Shown piece after piece: positions 50,382-62,750 of a DNA stretch of 64,000 bases. The notes beneath the pieces were generated by a model. The model worked only from the letters and a program-made list of their open reading frames with translations. It was not told the origin of the DNA and made no database searches. Within the stretch, counting starts at the first letter, position 1; each line of letters begins with the position of its first letter. Made by a program: the position numbers and the translations under genes. The DNA comes from Pseudovirgaria hyperparasitica (taxonomy: Eukaryota). The DNA is taken from NCBI GenBank assembly GCA_010093815.1, contig ML996566.1. One strand, written 5' to 3'.

Positions 50382-52152
50382 ATGCAGAAGCTATTGTCAT
50401 ATCTATTTCTCACTGGCAGCTCTGCCCTTGGTGCATTGGCTTTAGATGATGTCCCAGACTATTTTGTTACTGACAGGAAGCATTTTGCTGGTGAGAGTAC
50501 CGAGCTATGATTAGTTCACTGTACTGACAACTGCTGTATAGGCCCTAAAGCCACGGGCATAGCTCCGTTCCTCCGTGCGACAAATCCAGCACCATTCCCT
50601 GGCGTGAGCTACATCCCAAATTCGCCATTAGAAACACAAGTGCCCATAGCGGGTAACGATCACAATGAGAACATATTCGAGCTGTTTGGCCACCTCAGTC
50701 ACTATTTCCCCAACCCAGAAGGCTTTGGTGTAGACGAGCATTCCTTACCGACAGGTGCGCAGATCACATGGGTCAATATGCTCTCGAGGCATGGGGCACG
50801 ATACCCAACTTTGGGTAGCGCTGCATTTGCATTCGCAGACAAAGTCAAAAACTTGACTGGTACATTCGAGGCAAAAGACGAATTAAAATTTCTGAATGAC
50901 TGGATATTCACATTGGGCTATGAAATACTAGTTCCAATTGGTAAACAAGAGTAAGGACCGGAAAACTGTGAGCTGCCGTCAGGAGGACTGACTATTTTCA
51001 AGACTCTTCGAATCGGGCACACTCCACTACTATCAATATGGCCATCTCTATCCGAATGATGGTAACAAGATAATTGCGCGCTCTACAACGCAAGATCGCA
51101 TGGTTGAATCTGCAGAGTACTTTCTCGCAGGATTTTTTGGCCTGGGCTGGACACAGAATGCCACTCTTGAAGTTATCATCGAGAAGCCAGGGTACAACAA
51201 TAGTCTCGCCGGCTACTTCTTATGCCCCAATGGCAACAAGCCAGCAGCACGGCAAGGGGACCACGCATCCGCACAATGGATTGCTTCATACCTGGCTGAT
51301 GCCACCGAAAGACTTGATGCGAAGATACAGGGCTTCAACTGGACAATAGCAGACTCATACGCTGCGCAGACCCTCTGTGCATATGAAACCGTAGCCCTTG
51401 GCTACTCTGCTTTTTGTGGTCTCTTCACGCTCGACGAATGGAAAGGACATGAGTACAGCATCGACCTAGCATTTACCGGTAACAATATGTTTCAAAGTCC
51501 GGTCGGTCGCGCTACTGGCATAGGTTACGTCCAAGAGATCCTATCACGACTGACGCATCACCATTTGCAAGAACCGACCGGTCAGGTGAACATCACCCTC
51601 GACAATAACACTGTTACCTTTCCACTGAATCAGAGCCTCAATTTAGACTTCTCACACGACACCAATATTGCTCACATTCTCACGGCGTTCGGCCTCACCC
51701 AGTTCGCTTCCCCTATCTTACCTACCGACCATATTCCACCCTTGGACGAACGGCCGCTAATAGTCTCGCATCTGACCCCCTTCGCTGCTCGTCTAGATAT
51801 TGAAGTCATCTCCGCCCCTTCGCCAGTATGTCAGTCTCGCTCGGAATGCACATACGAGACCAACGCATTTGGAAAACCAAAGGATCAGCCTACTCAGTAC
51901 ATACATTTTATATTAAATCAACGAACTATACCCCTAGGGCGAAGTTTCGCTGAGTGTGGCGAGCGAGACGACGGCTGGTGTGAGTTGGGAACGTTCTTGG
52001 ATGTCCAGAAGGACTCATTGGAGAGAGCTGAGTTCGAATATTCGTGCTTTGGAGAGTACGATAGTGTACCGTATGGAAATATCAAGGATGGCGTGCCGTT
52101 GAAGAAGGAGACAGAACGGGAGTATCGGCCAGATGAGCAGATCGAGCTGTAG
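50382..52152 (+). CDS. Secreted histidine acid phosphatase / 3-phytase, 3 exons
   Basis: Signal peptide MQKLLSYLFL, catalytic RHGARYP and FSHD, LCAYETVALG. Introns at ~50491-50542 and ~50951-51003. Confidence 0.9.
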
Positions 52153-52620
52153 CTCGTAAGTTCCTGGCGACATTTATCTCACAGCGGTTCTCGAAGCGTA
52201 TCATAAGGCATTAGCAGTTGAAGTGATACATATGGAGTTCTAGAATGGGAGCTCCTGCCTCCAAGAGGTCTAACAACTGTTGTTCTTATCTAGTCAATAC
52301 TAAAAGGTAAGATGCATTGTTTAAGCTGCAATGGCCGAACGTTGTATCTTTCTTTGGAAGCATGAGTCTACTAACTTTCATATGGATAGACTTAGTCGCG
52401 TAAATCGCTGAAGATCCAGACTCATACCTCATAGCAGATGTAAGGCAAACGAGCTCAGAAAAAATAAAGGTCACAATCATTGATGGCTATGTTGCGAACC
52501 AGTCAAGATGATCTATGGCATTGAAACTCCTAGCTACTCTTTAACCCCCTGCTCACCAACTCTTCTTCTTTTTCTCTCCAGGGCTATTGGCAGGATCTAA
52601 TCTCCCCAAATTCTGAATTC

Positions 52621-53423
52621 TCACGCAATGATGACTCGAAAATAGGTATTTCCTCCTCTAGAAGCCCTATAGGCGCTAAAACCATCGGTATACACCAAGA
52701 TACCGTCCCTCATTTTGGCGTTCGGAGCCATGTAGCTATCAAAAACATGGTGTCCTTTTATAATCGTCGCCGAACTGTGTGCAAGCTTTAACGGTAAGCC
52801 CATCTGTTTAATACTAGCCTGGTTAGCAGGCATATGGCTCCATTCAATGTTGACTATGTGCTCTAGCAGGATATGAATCAGAAGTCCATATGCCTTCGTG
52901 ATTGCCCTGCCATGGCCCACTTGGTATGCCTTGGGATTTGTGCCATATTCAGGCTAGTCAACCAGATATTTCAGAGAGTCAATGTGGTTCCCGGACATTG
53001 CTGCACGGAGAGAATTCCAGTGTAGGCAAGTATGTGTGTTATTCTGACCAGGTAGGAGGATCCATCCAACATAATTCTGTACAGATGTGCAAGAATGTCA
53101 GCATTTGCGATGGCATTAGGAATCATCCTGATCACGGCTTGATTAGGTTGCATAGTGTGAAATGCCAGCACTCCGTAGGTCACAGCAAGCTCGATGGCGC
53201 GAAAGTACATTATGGCCAGGCCACCTTCTGGTATCGCATGTACAACGATGATCTTGCGCCTTGCAGCGCTCATGCCAGGAAAGAGGTAATTCGAGGAATT
53301 GGTATTGCCTGCAACTGTAGGAGCGAAAACTGCATAACTTATGCCGAACCCAAAGTCTTCGACCAGCGTATCGGTACCAGTATCGAGTCCATTGAGTGAA
53401 TAGCGCCGACACGTACTGCTATG
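52621..53423 (-). pseudogene. Possible degenerate RNase H-like coding relic
   Basis: Broken frames contain ELAVTYGV, VRITHILAYTGI, VNIEWSHMPA and ILVYTDGFS, loosely like RNase H motifs. No clean start and interrupted by stops. Confidence 0.25.
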
Positions 53424-55489
53424 TCAAGCCGTATTCTCAAATGATCCTAAATCTTGAGATGTGCAAGATACGTGTGTTATTTACCAGAGAGAACGATATT
53501 ACACAACACCGAGCCATCGTCCCCGGAAAGGGGGTCCGCAAGAGACAAGCAGAAGGCCACTAAGTTCGTATATACAGTCCTCGGTAGTGACCTCACTGTA
53601 GTAATTAGGCATCACTCAGTTGCCGCGATAACCGTATTTCTTCAGTCCAGTTCCGAAATTTCGGCACATCGGCCGGGATTGATAGACGATGACCATCCCC
53701 TGAGCCCTTCGAAGAGGCGTGACGCATAGATTATTTGAGCGATATGTGTATCGAACCACTGTTAGCTCATTTGTTAGCCTGGTGAATATAGAGTGGAGTC
53801 AGCTAGCATGTTCACCAAGCGAAGCCGCAGCACACATGTCGGGCCAGCTTCGCGAACTACGTCTCCAAGAACGCTCAAAGAGTTCCAGCGGAAGTCTCAG
53901 AGATTTGTAGCATGGTGCGTTCCCACAAAATTGCCAAGATGCATAAGTTTGGCGCGTCTAGGGTCCATTAAAGTAGTCTAGTTCCCTACACCGATGATCG
54001 ATGCTCTAGAAAATTTCAGGCTTACAGAGACACTACAAACCACCGGTGTCTAATATAAGTGGTTTACGTCAGTTATTAGAGTTGACCTTGACTCGTCACA
54101 TCATGTTTAGATATACTTGAGCACCGATACATACTTCACGATGGGCGACTCCTGTCGTTGTGACCTTAGCCTCATGGATGTTTGAAGCTGGTCCGTGGCT
54201 TTATGTGGTCATGGATGCCGCAACGTGGCGAGGGCCTGCGCTCGAGTGGAAGACTATCTCCGGCCCGACTAGACCATGGAGCTTCTCAGGTGTGTTTCCT
54301 GATATTTACATGTTGTAGAAGGTTCTGGTTCATGTTAAGCTCTAATATAAGGATGATTAGGTTCTAGTGGAAGGATTCGATTTCGAGGACGATAAAACAA
54401 ACTACTATACAATAAACTTTAAGCGATCTGGGCTATCCTTGTAAGTTATGATATCTCTTATCCATAGCTCCCGAGTCCCCGAGATCCCGAGCCGAGGCCA
54501 CACTTGCGCTTAACCATCGCTTCACATGCGCTGTTTTCACCGGTTTCGTGGGTTATTTTGACATACAGTATGTTGACTACAAGATTGATCGCAATCTTGA
54601 TTGGCTACTCTTCTGTGACACCTCTTCAATATCTTCTTGTGAGTCTTCACGTCCGAGTTGTCACTCGGCGGATTTGCAGGTCAATTGTGCCTTCCGTGGA
54701 GAAGTCCTGGTCCTGTGGCATGGACGTTGTGACATTTGGAACACGCCGCGTTGTGTTATCTTAGAAAGCCCAGTCCCGCCGTATGTTCTCGGAAGCCCCG
54801 CTGGACATTGATGGTCCGGAGAAAAGTCCTGGCCGTGAGATGTGCTTAGATTCGAGCGATCTAGGGCGCTGCGATTCTCGCTGAGTCCTGACGCTATCTT
54901 CCGAACCAGGGTTCGCTGGATAATATGTAGAAAAATCTATGTGCAAGGGGATCCTTCTCGGACCCACCAAAATGAAACTAGCCTCAATATATGCGCCACG
55001 CCGTTGATATCCAGACCACTACCAATGCTTAGCTACGTTGCCCAATACGTCAGTATCTGGTACGGGCCTTTTCATACCATGGTACCAAAAGTTCCACTCG
55101 AGGCATAGGATCTCGCTGTTTCATGTTTCCTGGGATCTGGTCAAGGGACCGTTGATTCATTGGCAGCTACTGTTGGTGCATGTACGGCCACAAACCCCAT
55201 CAGTAGTGTATACGTACTAGTCTTCCAATGTTTCCAACTTCCTTTCTGGCCATTTCACAATAATTTCCGCACTGACGACAGTTTAGCAATATGCAGATCT
55301 CTACCAGGTCTCGGATTGAACCGTATAGAGAGAAAGGCTCGTATAGACCTTGAAGTATAAGATGCCCGTCAGGCCTACTCGACAGAAATCTTGATCTGTA
55401 TTGTGACAACTGAGGCAGGCTCCTTTTAAATTCGTTCATTCTTACAACATCGACTCTCGTTTCTATCAACAAACTTACAAACAACCATC

Positions 55490-56066
55490 ATGCACGCTGT
55501 CACTATTTTCATGGCTGCTCTAGCCTCTTTTGCCGCGTAAGTGTAGTGTGGCCCTCCTCTTCTCAGACTCCCCCCTCCACCTATGTATCTTCCCTCTTAC
55601 CCAGCATTCGTCGAAGGACGACTACTAATTAGTGGTCAGTGCTGCCCCTACCCTCAAGGGTAGCCACCTTTTTTTCGACGTTGACTACGCTCACCCGAGC
55701 CACGCTTCTACACCAAGCCAGGCTCCTACTCCAAGCTATGCTCCACAACCAAGCCATGTAGCTAGTGGGCTACCACAACACAGCGGAGCCTCGAGCCTCC
55801 CAAGCAGCTATCCGAGTGGCTATCCAAGCGCAGTCCCAAGCGGTGTCCCAAGCGGTGTCCCAAGTGGCGTCTCAAGCGGTCTTCCCCAACCACCAGCGCC
55901 AACTGGTCCTGTCACTTGCTTCGACGACTTCGACTGCTGGGTGTTGCCAGGAAGCAAGTGTGTCGGCGGATCCAAGGATACATCCTACACTGGGTATATA
56001 CCTTCTTCCAGTAGCTTCCACCTATCCTTAACTGACTGTTCTCATAGAATCTGCAAGGCGCAATAG
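55490..56066 (+). CDS. Small secreted protein (~139 aa): PSG-repeat linker plus 4-Cys C-terminal module, 3 exons
   Basis: MHAVTIFMAALASFAAA signal. Introns 55537-55639 and 55994-56047. (PSGV/PSGY)n repeats, then TCFDDFDCWVLPGSKCVGG..TGICKAQ. Confidence 0.75.
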
Positions 56067-57693
56067 ATTCAATGTTGTTCGTCGCCTTAGGCCGGGTCTA
56101 GGGTTCTAATTTGGACACCCGTTTTGATAGATGTCACTCTTTTTGGTATTTGCCGAGCAGGCGGCACATTGCTGGACAAACGAAATAATTCAGCGATGAC
56201 GCTTGAGACCCCTGTACATATTTATGATGGACTTTGACGTATGATGCTGTCGCATTCGTCAGTTCTCCTATGTCAAACGAGTCATCACGGCTTTTGAGCT
56301 TGATGAATATAACTTTCTAACAATGATATCTACCCTATCCTTAAATATAGTCACATATCTTATCACTGTTACTCTTGATGCCCTAAAAGATTATGTTCAC
56401 CTCTACCACTCCTTCCTTCTGCGTGTTCGTTTGACTGGGCGGTCGGTCATAAGCCTCGATGGCCACAACAGAAAGTTACATAAAATCTTGCCTTTCTTTC
56501 TTTTAGAGTCTGACAGATCATAGTCCTTACCTTTGTGTGCTCTTCGAAAGCAATTCGCAATCTCTCAAGGCTACACAGGTCAGTAAAGAGCTTCGAAGAG
56601 ACACATATCGTGACGCACAAATATAGGGGTAAATAGATGAAGCCAATGCATACTAACTGCTTTGACATGTCAAGAACTAGGCCATAACCTCCCACCTACC
56701 TCTGACGCTTCTACAGGTGTGCACAGAGAGAAGAGGATCACTTGACTTGTATACATACATCCTGATACACTGTTTGGAATGACTGCAGCACATCTTGAAA
56801 CCCTACCTACTTGTTTGGTTTGTTTGTGTACAAACTGTGTTATGTCTTGAACCTCTAGTCTAGAAATCTAAGGAGCTTGTGCGTGAATGTGAGCCTGTCT
56901 CTGAAATGACTCTATTGAGGTGTTACGGTGTGACGTCTCTGCATCCATACAGGATGTCGAGTATATCCTCTGTTGTGATCGTGCTAGAGTCGATGGGGGC
57001 AAGGTATGATAGCCTATATAAAAACATAAGGTAACATAGCTAATCAAGGAAGTATTAGGAACAAGTCTCAGTGCAAAAGATATAGTTGCCCCAGAGTACA
57101 TATGTAGGAGTCGTCTGATGGGGCAAATACGGCTATATCAAAGCTGAATATTTGGGTTCCATGACACGACAACGCCATCGGATTGCAAAGCCTTACCAAC
57201 ACAATACAAGTACCTTATTAGCACGACTCTTTAATGTCTTCTTAGGTTAGCCAAGAGCGATGGAGAGACTGGGCAAGCCGAGTATATCCATTTCCGGCGC
57301 TTGAAGCCCTAACGCCAGAGTGCTAGTTTGTCTAGCTTTATATGTCTTCCCTATCATTCATGATGGGCGTGGATGTAGTATATTTAGTCGTCTCTAACGC
57401 CCGGTATAGACTAGGCAGAATGAGCTTAAAGGGCAAAACTCGCCAGTATGATCCTTGTTCAGTCCTTCGAAGACACGATTGTATGTGGAGACTGGAGTGA
57501 TTCTTACTTCATTATCACTTCCTCGCACTCCGTTCTCCAATTTATATGGTGTTCCAATACACACTATATCTCTGTCTTCTTCAAATACATTCTCTTCAGC
57601 TTCTACCAAGATACGGTCGCAAAAAAAAAATCGAAAATTTACTATCTACGACAAGCCAAAAAAAAGGGGTCACAAATCGTGCAAAAATACAAA

Positions 57694-57817
57694 AGGCTCA
57701 AGCCCAGAGTCGAACCCTGGAACCTGCGCCTCTGCTCCCCTGCAGATACTTAGCTCCTTCATCTGGTGCTTTGCTTCAGTGGTAGGTCAGGTCGTTAACC
57801 AACTAGACTATTCTCCC
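57694..57817 (-). ncRNA. tRNA-like Pol III unit (pseudo-tRNA or unknown ncRNA)
   Basis: A-box TAGTCTAGTTGG at +8, B-box GGTTCGACTC and oligo-T terminators just downstream. The acceptor, anticodon and T stems pair imperfectly. Confidence 0.6.
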
Positions 57818-59346
57818 ACTGGGGTTATGAGAACCGTACTCGTTAGATTGATTATATACCTATCTGAAGCAAGAGTGTGTGCGTTCCGCCATGGTTGCGG
57901 CACGTGCAGCCTACCACCGTTCACTGGCTATAATGGACCGTGCTCAAGCTATGGATGTAAACAATGGTAGGTTCTGCACTGCTCGGCCGGACAGTCGCCG
58001 TTCGAGCTTGGATCGTGGTACCAATTTCTCGGACAAGGGATGCTGATGTCGCGCTGTTGTTTTAGTATGACGAATCACACTGACTTGATTCTTTCGCATA
58101 AGGCCATCGAAGGACTTCACGGAGGCATGCGGCGATGAATGCATGCCACTGTGAGTTATCTTGCATGATGGAGGCTTCCAGCGCCCTTGAAACCCCATCC
58201 TTCGTAGCCTCGTACTCTTGCAGGTACCATTGTCCCACCCCCTTCAATATGTTCCATCCCCGCAGTGTATCCGTGTAACTAGAATCCCTTACTTCGCAGG
58301 GGGTTGAGTATTTGTGTCCAGCACGTCTGCCTGTAATAGAGTCAGCCCTGGATTGCGGCTGCAAACAGCACACTCCCGTTCAAGCTGCCCTGAATGTCGT
58401 TCGACACCCTGACGTCAGCTGAAGTGTCGACAGTTCCTTCCCACCGCTGCGTGGTCCGGGTCGATAATTAAAAGTGACCACCATCTGCGCTACCTCAACC
58501 TCAGCGACAAAGACGTCCTATTCCTCGGAGCCCATCTACATGCTCAGAAGGGTGAACTTCAAAGCTATACGTCATGACAAGGTCGCTCGTTGCCACCAGT
58601 CGCTCATATATGCGGGACCTTGCGAAGAAGTGCTCTGCACAGACAATCGAGGCATCATTGGCATGAGGTGGAACTAGATGATGGTAACATCAGCAACCAT
58701 CCATTAAAAACACATTACGTTGATGAAGATGGCACATACACAAGCATGGGAACGAGCATGGTTGGAGTCTATCAACCCAGAGTACACGAACACCCACACC
58801 AGCTCGAAGCTGTCACAGCCACGGTCCTCTCTCTCCCCTGCGTCCTGCGTTCCGTCCCGCACAACCTCAAAACTCGCGCATAACAATCCCCACTTTTGTC
58901 TTTAAGGGGTCTCGCACTTAGAGGCCGTAGTGGTTTCTAGGACCACCCGACGGTGAGAAAAGAGTCCGAGAGAATGGAGATCAGGATGGGCGAGTCATTA
59001 TTGGAAAGACACACATAGGTCTTGTAGATAAGAGTCCCTCAGTTTCGGAATGGATAGGAGGATTTACCTTGGATTATGTTGGGACGATGCATGATCTTTC
59101 ATACGTACTCGGTCTGCTGTTCGGCGAAGCATTTATGATAAGGATTCAGGTCGTTTCTTCTGCTAAGCGAGGACGTCAATCTAACATGACTGTGGTGGTG
59201 CACTTGAACGAAGAAGTGACAGCAAGCATGAAGAGACGTGACATATTGACTTCTATACAAATGCAACTTCGGCACGAGCTGACACGTAGATGGAAACAAC
59301 TAGACTCTACCAGCGACACGACCACATGTCTCAAGAGTCCCCTAGC

Positions 59347-60297
59347 CTACGACGTTCCTCTAAGCTTACCAGTCACAAACTGCGTGCCCAAGTTCTGCGT
59401 GCTGGCATCGTTCGGATACTGGAGATGCTGCTGGTTGATGCCACGCCCGTGAGTGGTATCACAGACACCATCGCCCTACATAGTGTCAGCAAGATGCAAC
59501 AACAACAACAACAACCACAACCGAGTCTTCGAAACGGGCGGAGGGTAGGGCCGGGGCGACCTACAAAAATGCAAACATCCAGCGTCTTTGAAACCCAGTT
59601 GCTCGGGATTCCACGAGACCCAGCGGCAGAGAGCCCGTTGACATTACGCGTCGTCGTGCCGCCCATGTTGTCCACATTGCAGGTCAACCCAGACTTGTGC
59701 TCCGGGTCGCCGATGAGGAAGACGCCCTTGACGGCGTTGAAGGCGTTGCCGCTCAGCTGGGACAGCGCGTTGACCGTGGCCGCAGCACCCTGGGAGTAGC
59801 CCTCGAGGATGAAGCATTGGTTGGGGTTCGAGGAGAGTTCGGCGTTGATCTCACGGATGATCTGGCACATGGAGTTTGTTTAGTATGAGGGGGATTGGAA
59901 GGAGAGATATGTGGCTGCACTGACGTCTCGTGTACCGGCCGATGACTCCTGGTTGAAGCCAGCTGCGTAGACAGTGTTGTACTGAACAACAATGTCAGTC
60001 TGCGGTTTATGGAACGCGTTCTATGCATATCTTACTACTCTGCCTCCGGAGACTTGTTGCTGGATGTTGGCGTTCATGGTGCGGAAGCCAGCAGATGGTC
60101 CTTGAGCTTCACCAGTACCACGAGTGTTGATCAGGGCTGATGATGTCTGAAGTCAGCAAGGCAAGATTGGAGGCCTCATACTGCCAGATGGGTGTTTGCT
60201 TACTGTAGCTAGTGCAAGCAGTCTGCCGACTCTCAACAGCAAGAGAAGACGCCAGAGCCGCCAGACTGAGGCATGCACCAAGGATTCTGTACGCCAT
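59347..60297 (-). CDS. Secreted cutinase-like enzyme (CE5, CLE/PaE type), 5 exons
   Basis: Signal peptide, TRGTGEAQGPSAGFRTM, nucleophile GYSQG, FLIGDPEHKSGLTCNVD, LDVCIF|GDGVCD and QHLQYP. Confidence 0.9.
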
Positions 60298-60822
60298 ATT
60301 GTCGAAGAGGGGAGTGTCAATGTACGGCTGAAAAGGATAGTATCAGAATCTTTGTGATATAGACATATAGACTGCCTTTATATACACCAGCCTGCACGCA
60401 GTCATATAAGGCGTCCAAATCCGCTCGTAAGCAATGATCGCCATAACACACTCATTATAAGAGACATTATTGCTCTAGTGTACCTTCGAAGATAGAAGAC
60501 CTGCTCGAATCAGAACGTAGCTCTTATGATCGTGGTAGATCGGCAATGGAACCACCAGTTTGCTACCCCAGAATGACTGTAAGCGAAGCTTTGTAGAGCC
60601 GTGAGCCGAGACGGTTGTTGTCGAAGAGGGCATCATTGTATCCCCACTATTCACTCTTGCTAAACGAGATATAGGTCGAACCCCGAAGCTTGTTTCCTTA
60701 GCTTGTGTTAGCCTTGTGCTGGATGCGTGGCACTCTCCGTCTTAGTCGATGGAATAGAGAACGTTTCCGCTTCCGGATAGAAGACCAGACTTCGGCACAT
60801 CAGATAGCAAACTAAGCTTAGA

Positions 60823-61015
60823 CTACTACTGTCATATACTATGACTATAATATCATAAAGATTTTATGTATATAAGTCTACTGTTCTATAAATATAACTC
60901 TTATTAATTAATTACAATATCTTATAGAAGCCTATATCATAGAGAGAAGATATATTATTCTTATTACTTAGAAATTATTAAGCTCTCTATTAATATAAGA
61001 CTATAGCGAGACCAG
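60823..61015. mobile_element. AT-rich RIP-like flank (left of kinase)
   Basis: Abrupt AT/TpA-rich block. Confidence 0.55.
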
Positions 61016-61021
61016 TTAGGA

Positions 61022-61951
61022 CTAGGAATTGGCCTTATTACGTTTTATTCTATTTTCTAATAAGCGCTTCATAACATCGATAGTCATCTTAGCCGATTCA
61101 GCTTCCTGTCTCCAGCAGAGTATGATGATCTCTGCGAAGGCCACGTCGTCTAGTCCTGGAAATACTCCATCCTTATACAGTTCCCCCACCTGATCGTCAG
61201 TTAGCTCTTCGTACGGCTCGTGCCCTGTAACAATGAAGTAGATTGTCGAGCCCAAAGCAAAAAGGTCCTCTTTGACCGTCACTTCACCCAGGTTCGGCAG
61301 CCTGTATCTTACTCCAGGAGCAACCGTGGCCTGCGAGCCATCAAGGGAAGATCCGCCAAAGTCACAGATCCTCAGGCTAAGATCGATATCGAGCAGGCAA
61401 TTATGCGGCCCGACATCACCTTGAATAACGTTATGCGAGTGTAGAAGCTCAACGCCCTCAACGACCTCTTTTACCCACTGTTGCCTCTGCAATGGCGATA
61501 TCTCCTGTCCATGCTTCTGAACGTATGCCTTGAGATTGCCATTAGGCATGTATTCCAGTGTCAAGGCATGGCTGATAGGGTCCCAGTGTTTCATTCGTAC
61601 CAGTCGGGGGTGTGCTCCAAGTCTCTCATAGATCTGCGCCTCGACCGCCATCTCTTTCCTACAGTCTGATGCCGTAGGACGGCCCGTCCAAGGAGACTTG
61701 ACCACATCTCCCGAACCAAGACGTTCTACAAGTCCCGTCGCCCCCCCGGCTAGGAAATCGCCCTTCCCCTCGATGATATTGACGATTGGGCCGCCCTGAG
61801 GAGTGATATCGGCTTCGCCGCTCACTCCGTCTAGGCTCGTATGATCATAGGCTGCAAGTGTAAATGCGCGTAGGGATTAGCTTGCTAGTGTAATGATGGA
61901 AAATCTGTGAGGCAGCTCTATACCTTGCAAGACTGCTGCCTTCGAGGTCAT
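61022..61951 (-). CDS. Stand-alone protein kinase-like protein (~285 aa), 2 exons
   Basis: Exon 1 MTSKAAVLQ, intron 61852-61923, then GGATGLV, VVKSP, E..IYERLGAHPRLV, LEYMPNGNL, IQGDVGPHNCLL, ICDFGGS, DLFALGSTIY and CW. Confidence 0.85.
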
Positions 61952-62114
61952 TGTTTTTTGAATGTAGAGTCGTTTCACAGTTCACTGAAAGTGTAAGTCA
62001 AGTGCAGAAGACGGTCAAGCTCAGGTCGACCAGAAACAGCAGCAGCGCAAGCTCGTTCATTGGTGGCGGCTGACACCATCCATTGATGAGCTTGGCGTTT
62101 TTCGTTTTCACCTA

Positions 62115-62360
62115 TGCATGTATAACGTATACCTCTCTATCTCTATTATAAAGTCTATATATTATAATATCTATATAGCTGTATAGGCTATAGTAAGGGA
62201 ATTAAATCCATATACCTTTTTAGACTTTAAGCTCTTTAGTCTAGTCTATAATGAAAGAGCTAAATTCTTAGAAAAAAGAAAGAGTAGTGAGAATAGAAGA
62301 TTAAGTTATGATGATAACATTAATTTATTATTATCGCTATACTCTAGTTATATCTATCAT
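62115..62360. mobile_element. AT-rich RIP-like flank (right of kinase)
   Basis: Abrupt AT/TpA-rich block ending at ctaagctcaga. Confidence 0.55.
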
Positions 62361-62559
62361 CTAAGCTCAGATGTACAAGTCGCGAGGGATCGTCACGGCT
62401 GTCAGGATACCCACGACGGCCCAGGCCGTCGACATATACCTGAACAATTAATAGCTCAGACTAATACCAAGCTCATAAGCCAACAAGCGCTCGGACTTGA
62501 ACCACTGGTAATTACGACATCGCCACGCATCGTCTGTCGGTCAGCTCCAGAACATCGCA

Positions 62560-62716
62560 TTCGACGACATGACATGACATGGCTCACCGCGCGTCTGCTC
62601 TGCTCTGCTCAACTCACCATCCATCCAGCCCAGCACGATCCGCACGTCGACCACGGCCCGGGCCCGCACGCACAGTGGGATGATGAATGCAAGAGTGTTC
62701 AAATGCCAGCCACTCG

Positions 62717-62750
<34 letters not shown>

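Noticed and set aside
52836..53802. Peptide VNIEWS occurring in two opposite-strand ORFs ~1 kb apart
   Set aside because: Only 6 aa with no extension of similarity, which is compatible with chance across six frames.
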